Below, in pieces: positions 28,202 through 39,094 of a DNA stretch of 64,000 nt. This DNA comes from Nitrospirota bacterium (GTDB lineage: Bacteria; Nitrospirota; Nitrospiria; Nitrospirales; Nitrospiraceae). The translations under genes and the position numbers were made by a program. How positions within the stretch are numbered: the stretch's first letter is position 1; each line of letters opens with the position of its first letter. A model generated the notes under the pieces. It saw only the letters and a program-made list of their open reading frames with translations. It made no database searches and was not told the origin of the DNA. Location of the stretch: the NCBI GenBank assembly GCA_963703955.1, contig CAVPGK010000012.1:128001-192000 (forward strand), given 5' to 3'.

Positions 28202-29878
28202 TCAGCTCGACTCCAATCGGACGAGGATGCCTTCTTCCGGTCCCAGTCTGACCGCCAGCGGATCGAAGCGGCTGCCGGAAGACGCCGGGTCTGTCGAGAG
28301 AAGAATAACGCCGGTTCGCTTCACGGTACTCAGGCCAAACCGTTGGGTTTCTCCGCTGAAGTTGACCGCGATGAGCATGCACTCGCCCATCCCATCCGGC
28401 GTGGACTCCTCGCGGAGGTAGATCACGCAATCGAGTGGCCCGCCCTCTATTTCCTGGTAACGACCGACTGTCAAGGCGGGGGACGCCTTCCTGAAGTGAA
28501 TGAGCCGGCGATAGAGAGACAGAAGCGAATGCGGATCTTGGCTTTCGCGCCCCCAATTGACGGACCGGTAATCAGGCGAGACCGGCAACCACGGCGCGCC
28601 GCTCGTGAATCCTGCCTGTGGCGTCTCATCCCACTGCATCGGAGTCCGGGCGGGATCGCGCCCTGTGAAAAACGGCCAATAGCGGCGCGTATAGGGATCG
28701 TGAAGCTGGCCGTAGCGCAAGCGGACGTCGCGCATGCCTATTTCTTCGCCGTAATAAAGAAACGGTGTGCCGCGCAGTGTGAGCAGCAAGAGCGCCGCCG
28801 CGCGCGCCCGCCGCGCCGTCGTGTTCGGATTTCGGGGCCTGCCGTACCGCGTGTAATGACGCGACTGGTCGTGGTTGCTCAGCACCTGCGTTGGCCACCC
28901 GCCCGGTGGGACCGCCCGATCCCAGTCACGAATGAGTCGCCGGAACCCATTAGCGCCCCAGCGGGATTTCAGCAGCTTGAAGTTGAAGACCAGGTGCAAC
29001 TCATCCGAGCCAGTGCCGTAGAAGGCCGCCGGTCCGCCCGGGGTGTCCGAGGACGCCTCGCCGACCAGCACGGCGTCGGGATACTCTTTCAGCAGGGCAC
29101 GCAGCGCGCGCAACGCTTCATGGGTCATCGGCAAGTCGCGGTCATAGAGGTGAATCTGCCGCTGATACGACCGCAACCCTACCCGCCTAGGATTATTCGG
29201 CCAGGTGACGTCTTTTCCGATCCAATTGATGGCGTCCAGGCGAAACCCGTCTACGCCGCGATCGAGCCAAAACCGGACGGCCTCGAAGATCGCCTGGCGG
29301 ACCTCCGGATTCCGCCAATTCAAATCCGGCTGCTCTGTGAGAAACGAGTGCAGATAATACTGCCCTGTCGCCCTGTCCCACTCCCAGGCCGATCCCCCGA
29401 ACACCGCGCTCCAGTTGCTCGGGCGACCGCCGTCCGGTCCCGGGTCGGCCCAGAGGTACCAATCCCGCTTCGCCGATCGGCGAGAGGATCGGGATTCCAG
29501 AAACCACGGATGCTGATCCGATGTGTGGTTGAGGACCAAGTCCATGAGAAGGCGAATGCCGCGCCGGTGCGCCGCATGAAGCAAGCGATCGAAATCGGCC
29601 AGAGTCCCGAAGCGCGGATCGACGTTACAATAATCGGCGACGTCATAACCGAAGTCTCTCATCGGGGAAGGATAAATGGGCGAGAGCCAGATGGCATCGA
29701 TGCCCAGGGATGTCGGCGAGCCGTCGTTGAGCGAATCCAGCCGGCTGATGATTCCCGGAAGATCGCCGATGCCATCCCCGTTGGAGTCCTGAAAACTCCA
29801 CGGATAGATTTGATAGATAACCGCGCGCTGCCACCAGAGCGGATCGCGCGCCAGTCCGTTCCTCGTTTCTTCCTTCAT
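28202..29878 (-). CDS. GH13 alpha-glucosidase (oligo-1,6-glucosidase-like)
   Basis: YQIYP.SFQDSNGDGIGDL, DLVLNHTSD, QPDLNW, DGFRLDA, VGE, SNHD, YYGEEIGM and RD..RTPMQW. Confidence 0.95.
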   Translation of the reverse strand: MKEETRNGLARDPLWWQRAVIYQIYPWSFQDSNGDGIGDLPGIISRLDSLNDGSPTSLGIDAIWLSPIYPSPMRDFGYDVADYCNVDPRFGTLADFDRLLHAAHRRGIRLLMDLVLNHTSDQHPWFLESRSSRRSAKRDWYLWADPGPDGGRPSNWSAVFGGSAWEWDRATGQYYLHSFLTEQPDLNWRNPEVRQAIFEAVRFWLDRGVDGFRLDAINWIGKDVTWPNNPRRVGLRSYQRQIHLYDRDLPMTHEALRALRALLKEYPDAVLVGEASSDTPGGPAAFYGTGSDELHLVFNFKLLKSRWGANGFRRLIRDWDRAVPPGGWPTQVLSNHDQSRHYTRYGRPRNPNTTARRARAAALLLLTLRGTPFLYYGEEIGMRDVRLRYGQLHDPYTRRYWPFFTGRDPARTPMQWDETPQAGFTSGAPWLPVSPDYRSVNWGRESQDPHSLLSLYRRLIHFRKASPALTVGRYQEIEGGPLDCVIYLREESTPDGMGECMLIAVNFSGETQRFGLSTVKRTGVILLSTDPASSGSRFDPLAVRLGPEEGILVRLESS

Positions 29879-30082
29879 CTATTTACCCTTCGCGTGACCT
29901 TCACCCATAACTATACCAAGGTTCCGAGAGAGCGCGCCTTAGGTGGTCCCCGCCCGGCAGTCCGGGGACAGCTCGGCATCGAAACCTGTTCGGTGCTGTT
30001 CATGAAAAGTCGGGAGAAAAGGGCGATGGCGAGATCAAGCCATTGGGGAAAGTGGTTACGCTAGGAGGACTCGGACACTCGA

Positions 30083-30820
30083 TCACAGTCGTTCCGCCAG
30101 CGTGATCAGACCGGCTTCGGCGTCGCGGTCAGCTTCCGCATAGCGGTCGGGCGTGCCGATATCGGACCAATAGCCGTGCATGGTGAATCCGCTCACCCGC
30201 TCACCCCGTTGAATCTCGCGAACATAGGCATCAATGATCGACGACTCCCGACCCACCGGAACATCTCGGAGCAGCTTCGGGTGCAGAATGTGAATGCCGG
30301 CAAACATTTTCTTGCCGCGAGGGGGAAAAGTCTCCGGCGAAAGTCCACGACCGCCAATTCTCACGAGCCGTTGGTCCTGATCCACCTCGACGGCGCCCCA
30401 ACGGTCTGCATCCACATCGTCTCTCACGACCATCGTGGCCAGCGGACTCCGTTCGCGGTGAAAGGCCAACACAATGCTCAGATTGAGGTCCACCAACGTA
30501 TCTCCGTTCAGCACAAAAAAGGGTTCACCGTGAAAGAATGACTCGGCTTGTTTCAGGCCCCCGCCGGTACCCAGAATGACGGGTTCTTGTGAGTACTGCA
30601 GACGCATGCCGAACTGTGAGCCGTCACCGAGTTCTTTTTCGATCAGATGGCCGAGGTGGTGTAAATTGATGATCACCTCCATCACCCCGTGCTTCCGGAG
30701 CAAGAGGAGATTCCATACGATCAACGGCGTGCCCGCAATCGGCAGGAGTGGCTTGGGAGTCGTATTGGTGAGCGGACGGAGGCGGGTACCGAAACCCGCT
30801 GCCAGGATCATGGCTTTCAT
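30083..30820 (-). CDS. Nucleotidyltransferase, MurNAc-alpha-1-P uridylyltransferase (MurU)-like
   Basis: MKAMILAAGFGTRLRPLT..PKPL, NGD and W.DIGT; directly downstream of an AmgK-like kinase. Confidence 0.85.
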   Translation of the reverse strand: MKAMILAAGFGTRLRPLTNTTPKPLLPIAGTPLIVWNLLLLRKHGVMEVIINLHHLGHLIEKELGDGSQFGMRLQYSQEPVILGTGGGLKQAESFFHGEPFFVLNGDTLVDLNLSIVLAFHRERSPLATMVVRDDVDADRWGAVEVDQDQRLVRIGGRGLSPETFPPRGKKMFAGIHILHPKLLRDVPVGRESSIIDAYVREIQRGERVSGFTMHGYWSDIGTPDRYAEADRDAEAGLITLAERL

Positions 30821-30847
30821 AACACTCTCATTCAGCCTTCCTGATGG

Positions 30848-31930
30848 CTACTGCAACTCCGATACATAGGGCGCGAGGTGCTTTTGGAGTGTCGCCAGTT
30901 CAGGGTATTTCGCCAGATTGCGGCGGACATACCCGAGAACGCGCGGGATATCGGCCAGAAACTTGGGATTCCCCTTCACGCGATCGATGTACACAAAGCG
31001 CCCCGCCGCCTTCAGGTTCCGCTGGATGCTCATGAGGTCGAAGTGCCGCAGAAACGCCGCGCGGTCGGAAAATTCCCGCTCGTGGCCGGCCATGCGATCC
31101 AGATAATACACGATCAGCTCATCAATGAGTGCCTCATCCAGCGCGATATAGGCATCGCGTAGCAATGAGGCCAGATCATACACGGCCGGCCCCATCAGCG
31201 CATCCTGAAAATCAATCACGCCTAACCGCCCACCATCGACCATGAGGTTGCGGGAATGGTAATCCCGGTGGGTGAACACCCGCGGCTGCGCCGCCAGCAG
31301 TTCGGCGATCTTTTGAAACTCGCAGCGCACCGGCTGCTCGTCCCCCGCACGCATCGGTTTCCCCTGTCGAGCCACGACCCCATACTCCAGAAAATGATCG
31401 AACTCCCACATCAGCAGCGGCACATCAAACCCTCGACCGAAGGCGATGCAGGCAGGATTCGCCGGGGCCGTCGCGCGGGTGTGGATCAGAACAAGCGTGT
31501 CGATGGCCTGTCGATACAAGGTGGCGATCATCTCACTCGCTGCCGTCTGGCACGCCTCGGTCAACGTGAGGTCACCGAAATCTTCCAGGTACAGCAATCC
31601 CGCCGTCTGGTCGAAATGATGGAGAACCGGCACCGCGACATCGGCCTTGGCGAGATGATTTAACACGTTGACGAACGGCAGCTCCGTGATGTTCGAAGTA
31701 GCTCTGCTGACCGCCTCCTCCGACTGCTTAAACGCCTCCGGTGAGGCAAGTTGCATCAGAACTAACGATCGAGGCGGACCACCGACCAACTCGAGGCGAA
31801 AGTACCGTCGGTTGGAGGCGTCGCCGGCGAGGGGAGCTAGGGTAATGAGTTCCGCCAAGAAGGGAAGTTTCGTTCGAACCGTCTGGGCGACATGAGTCTG
31901 ATCGGGTGGAGGAGGAACAGCAGGAGTCAT
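30848..31930 (-). CDS. APH-family phosphotransferase, anomeric MurNAc/GlcNAc kinase (AmgK)-like
   Basis: GDASNRRYFR, LEDFG, HRDYHSRNL, IDFQDA..GP..YDLASLL.D and QRNLKA.G.F. Confidence 0.88.
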   Translation of the reverse strand: MTPAVPPPPDQTHVAQTVRTKLPFLAELITLAPLAGDASNRRYFRLELVGGPPRSLVLMQLASPEAFKQSEEAVSRATSNITELPFVNVLNHLAKADVAVPVLHHFDQTAGLLYLEDFGDLTLTEACQTAASEMIATLYRQAIDTLVLIHTRATAPANPACIAFGRGFDVPLLMWEFDHFLEYGVVARQGKPMRAGDEQPVRCEFQKIAELLAAQPRVFTHRDYHSRNLMVDGGRLGVIDFQDALMGPAVYDLASLLRDAYIALDEALIDELIVYYLDRMAGHEREFSDRAAFLRHFDLMSIQRNLKAAGRFVYIDRVKGNPKFLADIPRVLGYVRRNLAKYPELATLQKHLAPYVSELQ

Positions 31931-31994
31931 CGAAGGGAAATTATACCGATCAGTCTTGATATTGTCACGTTATGGCTTGTCCCTGTGCCCCTTG

Positions 31995-33029
31995 TCATGA
32001 AGCTGGAACCGCTTCGATGATGCTGAACAGGCGCGGGGTTAGAATGATCCTCTTTAGAGAAAATCCGGCGCCGACGAGAAGGGCGCGGAACTCCTCCTCG
32101 GTGCGCTCGCGCCCGCCTAGCAAGACGAGCATGTTCAGATCGCTCAGAAACTTCAGCGTGTCGCCTGTCGTCGCCGCTGGCAGCACGCGCTCGACCAGGA
32201 GCAGGGTGCCCCTTCTTCCTATCGCGCGAGCACAATTCTTAAGAATCACCGATGCTCGATCGTCGTCCCAGTCATGGATGACGGCCGCAAGAATATAGGT
32301 ATCCCCTCCCTCTGGTACCGAAGCAAAGAAATCCCCGGCCACAATTCGACAGCGATCTGCCACACCGACCTCGGACAGGATGAGGTCCGCTCCGGCGACC
32401 ACGTGCGGCTGGTCATACAGGATACTCTTGAGCCTCGGGTTCGCCTTGAGGATGGCGGCCAGCAGGCCACCGTTCCCTCCCCCGACATCCACCACCGTAC
32501 GTACTTGGGAGAAGTCGTAAGCCGCGGCCACATCCGCGTGCCGCTGTGGGGCGGCGCCCGTCATGGCTCGGTCGAAGAGAGCGCTCGCCTCAGGGTGCTG
32601 GGCCAAGTACTGGAAAAACTCCTGGCCGTGCGCATGCGCAAAGCCTGCCTTGCCCGTGGTCACACTGTACGGTAGATCCCATCCTCGCCAGAACCACGGC
32701 GATCCGTGCATGAGGGCATAGTCTCGGACTGAATGAGACCCGCCTGCTAACAAGTAACGCGCAAGCGGGGCCATGATGAAGCGGCCCGCCTGATCCTTGG
32801 TAAACACCCCGGCGCTGCACAGTACCCGCATGACCCGATCAAGTGAGGGGCCGTGGACTCCGGTTGCTCGCCCAAGGTCCTCACCGCTCTGTGGACCGGC
32901 ACTCAGCAGATCGGCGATCCCCAACTTCGCCGCCACGTACACAGCTTGGGACAGTTGATAGCCGAAGACCATCTGGAGCAGGGCTTCCGGTGAAGCAACG
33001 AATTCCTGACTCGGGTGACTCTGGTCCAT
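31995..33029 (-). CDS. SAM-dependent O-methyltransferase (Methyltransf_2 with dimerisation domain)
   Basis: AAKLGIADLL, VVDVGGGNG, GDFF, IHDW.D and GRERT. Confidence 0.92.
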   Translation of the reverse strand: MDQSHPSQEFVASPEALLQMVFGYQLSQAVYVAAKLGIADLLSAGPQSGEDLGRATGVHGPSLDRVMRVLCSAGVFTKDQAGRFIMAPLARYLLAGGSHSVRDYALMHGSPWFWRGWDLPYSVTTGKAGFAHAHGQEFFQYLAQHPEASALFDRAMTGAAPQRHADVAAAYDFSQVRTVVDVGGGNGGLLAAILKANPRLKSILYDQPHVVAGADLILSEVGVADRCRIVAGDFFASVPEGGDTYILAAVIHDWDDDRASVILKNCARAIGRRGTLLLVERVLPAATTGDTLKFLSDLNMLVLLGGRERTEEEFRALLVGAGFSLKRIILTPRLFSIIEAVPAS

Positions 33030-33160
33030 GTTCTACCTCCGCTGGCACGATGATCGGCTCTGTGCCGACCTCATCGACTTCCTGGATGTATACGGGTATA
33101 GCAGCTGTGTTGCAACCCGCAGGACTCTTCTGCTAGGAGAGCATCGGGGGTACCGTCACC

Positions 33161-34132
33161 ATGAATTACGTTCATCTCGGACGATCGGGGTTGAAGGTTA
33201 GTCGTCTCTGTCTGGGTTGTATGAATTTTGGGCCGGAGACGGAGGAGAACGACAGCTTCCGGATCATGGATCGAGCGTTGGAGCTGGGCATTAACTTCTT
33301 CGATACAGCGAATGTCTATGGTGGAAAATTGGGGGAAGGCGTCACGGAGCAGATCATCGGCCGATGGTTTGCTCAAGGCGGCGGCCGGCGGGAGCAGGTG
33401 GTGCTGGCCACCAAGGTTTATGGCCGGATGGGCGACCGGCCGAACCAGTCGCGGCTGTCGGCCCTGCACATTCGCCGGGCTTGCGAAGACAGTCTGAGGC
33501 GGCTGCGGACGGATTACCTCGATCTCTACCAAATGCACCACATCGATCGAGAGACACCGTGGGAAGAAGTGTGGCAGGCGATGGAACAGCTCTGCCGGGA
33601 GGGGAAGGTCATCTATGTCGGCAGCAGCAATTTTGCCGGCTGGCATATTGCACAGGCGCAGGAGATTGCGAAGAGCCGTCACTTTATGGGGTTGGTGGCG
33701 GAGCAGAGCCTCTACAATCTGCACGCACGCATGATTGAGCTGGAGGTCATCCCGGCGTGTGAGGCCTACGGCGTGGGGTTGATTCCCTGGAGCCCACTGG
33801 CGCGCGGCCTGCTGGCCGGCGCCTTACAACCGGTCACGGTCGGAAGGCGCGCGGCTAAGGATCTTCGCAAGGAGGTTGAGATGCACCGAGCTACGTTGGA
33901 ATCGCATGAGACGGTCTGTCGCGATCTTGGTGAGCAACCCGCCGATGTGGCCGTGGCTTGGCTTCTTCATCAGAAGGCCGTCACCTCTCCGATCATCGGA
34001 CCCAGGACGCTTGACCAATTGAATGGCGCGATGCGGGCGTTGGAGATCACGCTTTCGCCTGAGACCCTGACTCGACTCGATCAGATCTTCCCGGGACCCG
34101 GTGGACCGGCTCCTGAAGCCTACGCATGGTGA
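33161..34132 (+). CDS. Aldo/keto reductase
   Basis: LGRSGLKVSRLCLG, FDTANVY, ATK, DLYQMH, GSSN and WSPLARGLL. Confidence 0.95.
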   Translation: MNYVHLGRSGLKVSRLCLGCMNFGPETEENDSFRIMDRALELGINFFDTANVYGGKLGEGVTEQIIGRWFAQGGGRREQVVLATKVYGRMGDRPNQSRLSALHIRRACEDSLRRLRTDYLDLYQMHHIDRETPWEEVWQAMEQLCREGKVIYVGSSNFAGWHIAQAQEIAKSRHFMGLVAEQSLYNLHARMIELEVIPACEAYGVGLIPWSPLARGLLAGALQPVTVGRRAAKDLRKEVEMHRATLESHETVCRDLGEQPADVAVAWLLHQKAVTSPIIGPRTLDQLNGAMRALEITLSPETLTRLDQIFPGPGGPAPEAYAW

Positions 34133-34171
34133 ACACACCAGCCGCCATGATTGAAGTTCCCTGGAGCCGCC

Positions 34172-34939
34172 TTATTTCATGTGGACATTGAGATGGCTCC
34201 GTCGGTTTTGATCGTAACACGACTCACCTTGCTCCGTGCAGAACGGCCGCTCCTTGCCGTACGACATGTTCGTCAGCCGATTCGCATTCACGCCAAGATC
34301 GATCAGATACTTCCGAACCGCCTTCGCCCTCTTCTCGCCCAGAACCAAGTTATAGGCCGAGGTACCGCGCTCATCGCAGTGTCCTTCGATCGTGGCGACA
34401 TGACTTGTATTGGCTTTGAGCCACTCGGCGTCCACGCTTAAGGAGTCTTTGCCCTCTTCGGTGATAGCCCAGCTGTCGAAGGGGAAAAACACATCCTTGA
34501 ACGTGTGCCCCGCGACGGTGACCTGGAATCGCTGAGACTCCTCGGCTTGGCGACGCGCCACATCAGACGGCTTTGCTCTCGCGACCACAAGGTCGTCAAC
34601 CGTGAGCTCTTGCTGGCCATTGACGAGTGAATCCCTTTGTGCAACGCCCGACAAGGAGGGAAACGCCGAACGAGAACTCTGGTTCGCTTGATTCGATGCT
34701 GTACCCTCGGCCATTGAGAGCTGGTGTTCATTAGGCATCTGGGACCCTCCCTCAGAGTGAGCCGCCGGATTACCGTTGAACTGCCTGCCAGAGCCGGCAG
34801 ACGCTTCAAGGGAAGCCTTGGCAGCGGCATTCGCGTGATCCAGACTTGAATCCGTTTGAATCGATTTGGTACAGCCTCCCCCAAGCATGAGAATGAACAC
34901 GCCCACAACGCCCAGGAAGGTTTTTGATCTTGTATCCAT
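34172..34939 (-). CDS. OmpA-domain peptidoglycan-associated lipoprotein (Pal-like) with a long linker
   Basis: Lipobox-like LGGGC, IEGHCDERGT..YN..LG.KRA, SYGKERP and NRR. SD AAGGAGG precedes ATG 34939. Confidence 0.9.
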   Translation of the reverse strand: MDTRSKTFLGVVGVFILMLGGGCTKSIQTDSSLDHANAAAKASLEASAGSGRQFNGNPAAHSEGGSQMPNEHQLSMAEGTASNQANQSSRSAFPSLSGVAQRDSLVNGQQELTVDDLVVARAKPSDVARRQAEESQRFQVTVAGHTFKDVFFPFDSWAITEEGKDSLSVDAEWLKANTSHVATIEGHCDERGTSAYNLVLGEKRAKAVRKYLIDLGVNANRLTNMSYGKERPFCTEQGESCYDQNRRSHLNVHMK

Positions 34940-35289
34940 AACTCCTCCTTTATTCACGGCCTGATGAGGCTCGGACTTAGGGGCAATCTCTCATGTCCAC
35001 TCTGCGCCCTGCCGACGGCACGTCATTGTTTTAGCGTGAAATACTGAATCGTCAAATCCATTGGTGGGACGTCGAGAACGTGCGCCGACTTTGGCCATAA
35101 AGACCAAAAAATGGGCTGCACCCCCGGCAGAGCGAGCCCCTCCCATCCTTGGTCCGTGCGAAAATGAACCGGAGAGCCAAAACGCGGGCGGTTGATGCGC
35201 CGCCTTCTTTCTTGTAAAACCTTTGTCCTCGCGTGTGGCGGTCGGATTCGGACTGGTTTCCAATACTCCAACAGTGAAGGAGACGTGTC

Positions 35290-36019
35290 ATGAGAAAGAT
35301 CATATCGCTGTTCAGACTTGCCGACCGGTCGCGGCCCTTGATCATTCTCAGCCTTTTCTCCTTCGGGCTGCTTTGCCTTCCCGAAGCGGTTCCGCAGAGG
35401 GCGAACGAGTGGAATTGTTGGGAGAGTATCAATACACCTACGGCGATCAACAGACACCCGATCAGGCTCGCCAGATCGCCTGCACGATGGCTGTCCGGAA
35501 AGCGATTGAGTCCTATCCCGTCTTCGTGGAGGACACCTCCCCCGTCAAGGACCCTGCCGTCATCAAAGCCGTGATCCAAACCCTTGCCTCCGGCTACTTG
35601 CAAGATCTGCAGATCGTCGATCAAACGGAAGAAGGGCGTCGCGTCTCGTGCAAGGTGCGGGCTTTTGTCGAACCCGGCGTGTTCAAGACCGTCCTGAACC
35701 GGGAGTTGAGCCGATTGCTCGATCGCAAGGATCCGGAGGTTGTGGACGAAAAGTATCGCCAGATCAAGATCCTTAGCGTGTCGGATTACCTGGTGGAAGA
35801 CACGAGGAAAAAAAGGACCGTCCGTGAGATTAAGGTCGTCTACCAGCAGGTAGGCAGCGATTCAACCCAGGTCCTGATCGATTTTATGACACAAAAGGCA
35901 AACCGCTGACCGGAAAGCGAAGCTCAACCCAGGAATTTCTACTTCCTGGCGAAATCAGACAGGTCCTCTTTACGATGCCAGATGACGCGCGTTCCTACCG
36001 GGTGTGGCTGAGGAAGTAA
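35290..36019 (+). CDS. Exported hypothetical protein split by two frameshifts (~35395 and ~35885)
   Basis: AGGAG + ATG 35290 with a signal-like start; the body lies in ORF 35223..35909. Adding one T to TTTT at 35882 gives DFYDTKGKPL...YRVWLRK* ending at 36019. Confidence 0.6.
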
Positions 36020-36067
36020 AGGGCGATGGGGTTATTGAGCACCGGCCGCGGTAATTGCTGGTGACTA

Positions 36068-36509
36068 TTATGGAACGCCGGCATCGTCCGACCGTTCGAT
36101 CATCCGATGCCAGCCCCAGGCTCCGACGGTCGCGCTCGCCAAGTCCGTCAGCAGATCCAGGGCATCTGCCTGGCGACGCGGCACGAACGCCTGATGGAGC
36201 TCATCGGTCAGACCGTATATCGTCGCGGCGACAATGGCCAGAAGAATCGCGTAGCAAGCGCCCCAGGCTCCGGGCTGCATACCGAAACGCCCGATAGCAG
36301 AGGCCGCCGAGGATCCCATACTCCACCGCATGGAGGACTGTATCGCTGAGCAGTTCGAACAGCGGCGGGGCAAGATCCTCGGGATGCGAGAGGGACGAGA
36401 GATAGAAAACTAGAGCCGCATAGACCACGACCGGCGCCCAATAGAGGCTGAGTCGAGCCGTGCTCGGCGCGCCTGCGATCTCAAGCTGCTCGTCCCGCAT
36501 GCCCCGCAT
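36068..36509 (-). CDS. VanZ family protein, frameshift near 36270
   Basis: YAALVFYLSS and LHAVEYGILG in one frame; YGLTDELHQAFVP.R....DL..D in the next. Confidence 0.85.
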
Positions 36510-36834
36510 CCATGAGGCTCGGGTTCGCTTATCACGACCATGGGCGCAACGTGGGTGATGTCTTTGCTACTAAATGATCGGACCATCGACGACAATGCTT
36601 ATATCATAGTCGAGCCTCAACGGTCAGAAGGAATCCTTGAAAAGTGGCGCACGATGGCATTCACACCCCATTCCAATGGGCAACACACCGTGAGACTCTA
36701 TCTCATGTACGCGGCGACGGACAAGCCATCGACTGTACAGAAAAGCATCCCAATGGAGTATAGGAGGTGAGACGGATCGCGTTGAAACCCATGTCACCCT
36801 GTGACATACTGCGCCGGGCTTTGGATTGCCGCGT

Positions 36835-39024
36835 ATGAAAAGCGTCCACATCTGCTTTCTCTGGCACATGCATCAGCCGTACTACACCGACCCGGTGGCC
36901 GGGACGGCGAGCATGCCATGGGTACGGTTTCACGCGATCAAGGCCTACTTCGATATGGCGTTCATGATCGAACGCTTTCCCTCCGTGCGCGCCACCTTCA
37001 ATTTTACGCCGTCACTGCTGCTTCAATTAAGGGAGTTGTCGTCGGGAAGGGTCACGGACCTCTTTTACGAGCACGCGCGAAAGCCGGCGGCCGATCTGAC
37101 CGAGGCGGAACGCGCGTTCGTCGTCCGGCATTTCTTCGCCATCAACTGGCTTACGATGGTCCGGCCACATCCCCGCTATCATGAGTTGCTGGTAAAACGC
37201 GGCACGGAGGTTCGGGGACAGGACCTCAATCGTCTGGCCCGGCAATTCACCACGCAGGAACTACTGGACCTTCAGGTGTGGCACAATCTGGCATGGTTCG
37301 GGTTCGGTGCTGTCGCCCGCTATCCCCGATTAGGCGCGCTACGGCAGAAGGACCGAGGCTTTACAGAAGAAGAGAAAGATGAGGTGTTGGCGATCCAGCG
37401 CCGGATTATCGACGAGATCATCCCGTTCTACCGACGGCTGGCGGGAACCGGCGAGATCGAGCTGACCACCACTCCCTTCTACCACCCGATTCTGCCTCTG
37501 ATCATCGATACGGAATTTGCCCGGCGGGCGCGCCCTGAGACCCCGCTCCCCTCACATTTTCACGCGCCGGAGGACGCTGAGCAACATCTTCGATCGGCGG
37601 TGGCGCTACACACCGAGCTGTTCGGCCGGCCTCCCCAAGGGCTGTGGCCGTCCGAGGGGTCAGTGTGTCCCGAGATGATTCCGATGGTGAAACGGGCCGG
37701 GCTGACCTGGATGGCGACGGACGAAGGCGTGCTCGCCCGTTCGCTCGGCGGTTGGGAACGCCAGACCGCGCTCTATCAGCCCTACTCGGCCGGTCACGCC
37801 GGGGAAGATATTCACATCATCTTTCGCGACCGGGAGATCTCGGATGCGTTCGGCTTCGTCTATTCGAAATCGACGCCGGAATCGGCCGTCGAGGATGTGC
37901 TGCGTCGTCTTGGCGGTATTGCGCACCATACCCCGGGAGACCATCTTCTGATCCCGATCATCCTAGATGGAGAGAATCCTTGGGAACACTATCACGACGG
38001 CGGAGAGCGATTCCTAAACGGTCTGTACGCCCACTTCACAAGGGGGAGCCTCAATGTGGGAAATCAGATCCTGGTCTCAACCGAGACGGTCAGCCGGTCC
38101 CTCAAGACCCATCCGCCGACCGGAAGATTGGGGCACCTTCATACGGGGTCGTGGATCAATACCGACTTCAAAATCTGGATCGGACATCAAGAAGACAATC
38201 GCGCGTGGGACCTGCTTCGAGAAACCAGAGCGCGGCTGGTCGAGTTGACCAAGAATCTCCCACCGGATCAGGCACAGGGCGCGTGGCAAGAGCTGTACGC
38301 TGCGGAGGGCAGTGATTGGTTTTGGTGGTACGGCGATGATTTCGAAACAGACTTCAAGTCGGAATTCGACCGGCTGTTTCGTACCCATCTCCGCAACGTG
38401 TTCATCCGAGCGGGCGCACCGGTGCCGGACTTTCTCAATGAACCGGTCATGGGCGTCTTGGAGTTCGAAGCCCAACAGGTGCGTCTTCCCGTTCGTTTGC
38501 TTGCGCCGACCATCGACGGCCTTGTTTCTTCCTTTTTCGAATGGCGCGGGGCCGGCAGCATCGATCCGTCGCCTCCGCTGGGCGCCATGTGGACATCGAA
38601 CCGCCTCTTCACCTGGATCGGATTCGGCTACGATTTGGAGGTCCTATTCCTCCGGCTCGACACTGCTGTCGATCCATCAGGCGCCACAACGGCAAGCAAC
38701 CTGGAGCTGCATATTGTCACACCCGATACACGCTATAGGGTGGTCTTTTCCTTGACTACCCCCGCACTCGACGAGTTGACCCTCTTCTCGGCGTCTCATG
38801 ATGCCGCCTACGCGGAAGTCGGTCGTTCGCGGATGGTCGCGCGGCAAAAGGTGATCGAACTGGGGATCCCGTTCAAAGATCTCAACCTGCACTCAGGTCA
38901 GACCTTCAAAATGACCCTTGTGGTCACCGAACATGGTCTGGAGGTCGAGCGCTATCCACGGCAACGGCCGATCGCGCTGACGGTCCCGGATCATAATTTT
39001 GATGCGATCATGTGGAGAGTGTGA
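36835..39024 (+). CDS. GH57 family glycoside hydrolase (amylopullulanase-like)
   Basis: WHMHQPYY, PWVR.H, PFYHPILPL, GLWPSEG, ILDGENPWE, GSWI and AEGSDWFWW. Confidence 0.95.
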   Translation: MKSVHICFLWHMHQPYYTDPVAGTASMPWVRFHAIKAYFDMAFMIERFPSVRATFNFTPSLLLQLRELSSGRVTDLFYEHARKPAADLTEAERAFVVRHFFAINWLTMVRPHPRYHELLVKRGTEVRGQDLNRLARQFTTQELLDLQVWHNLAWFGFGAVARYPRLGALRQKDRGFTEEEKDEVLAIQRRIIDEIIPFYRRLAGTGEIELTTTPFYHPILPLIIDTEFARRARPETPLPSHFHAPEDAEQHLRSAVALHTELFGRPPQGLWPSEGSVCPEMIPMVKRAGLTWMATDEGVLARSLGGWERQTALYQPYSAGHAGEDIHIIFRDREISDAFGFVYSKSTPESAVEDVLRRLGGIAHHTPGDHLLIPIILDGENPWEHYHDGGERFLNGLYAHFTRGSLNVGNQILVSTETVSRSLKTHPPTGRLGHLHTGSWINTDFKIWIGHQEDNRAWDLLRETRARLVELTKNLPPDQAQGAWQELYAAEGSDWFWWYGDDFETDFKSEFDRLFRTHLRNVFIRAGAPVPDFLNEPVMGVLEFEAQQVRLPVRLLAPTIDGLVSSFFEWRGAGSIDPSPPLGAMWTSNRLFTWIGFGYDLEVLFLRLDTAVDPSGATTASNLELHIVTPDTRYRVVFSLTTPALDELTLFSASHDAAYAEVGRSRMVARQKVIELGIPFKDLNLHSGQTFKMTLVVTEHGLEVERYPRQRPIALTVPDHNFDAIMWRV

Positions 39025-39094
39025 GTAGGATCCTTATGGAAGACGGGGTGGTTGGGCTGGGCTCCGTGCCCGCGCAGTGGATTGAGTAAAAGGT

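Noticed and set aside
28343..30064. 573-aa plus-strand ORF, and similar long antisense ORFs at 12055..13158 and 18921..20249
   Set aside because: Antisense shadows of well-supported GC-rich genes (GH13, gltB, copA) with no recognisable motifs.
36540..36770. 76-aa ORF between the vanZ-like gene and GH57
   Set aside because: No clear SD or recognisable motif, and it occupies a divergent promoter region; cannot be supported.
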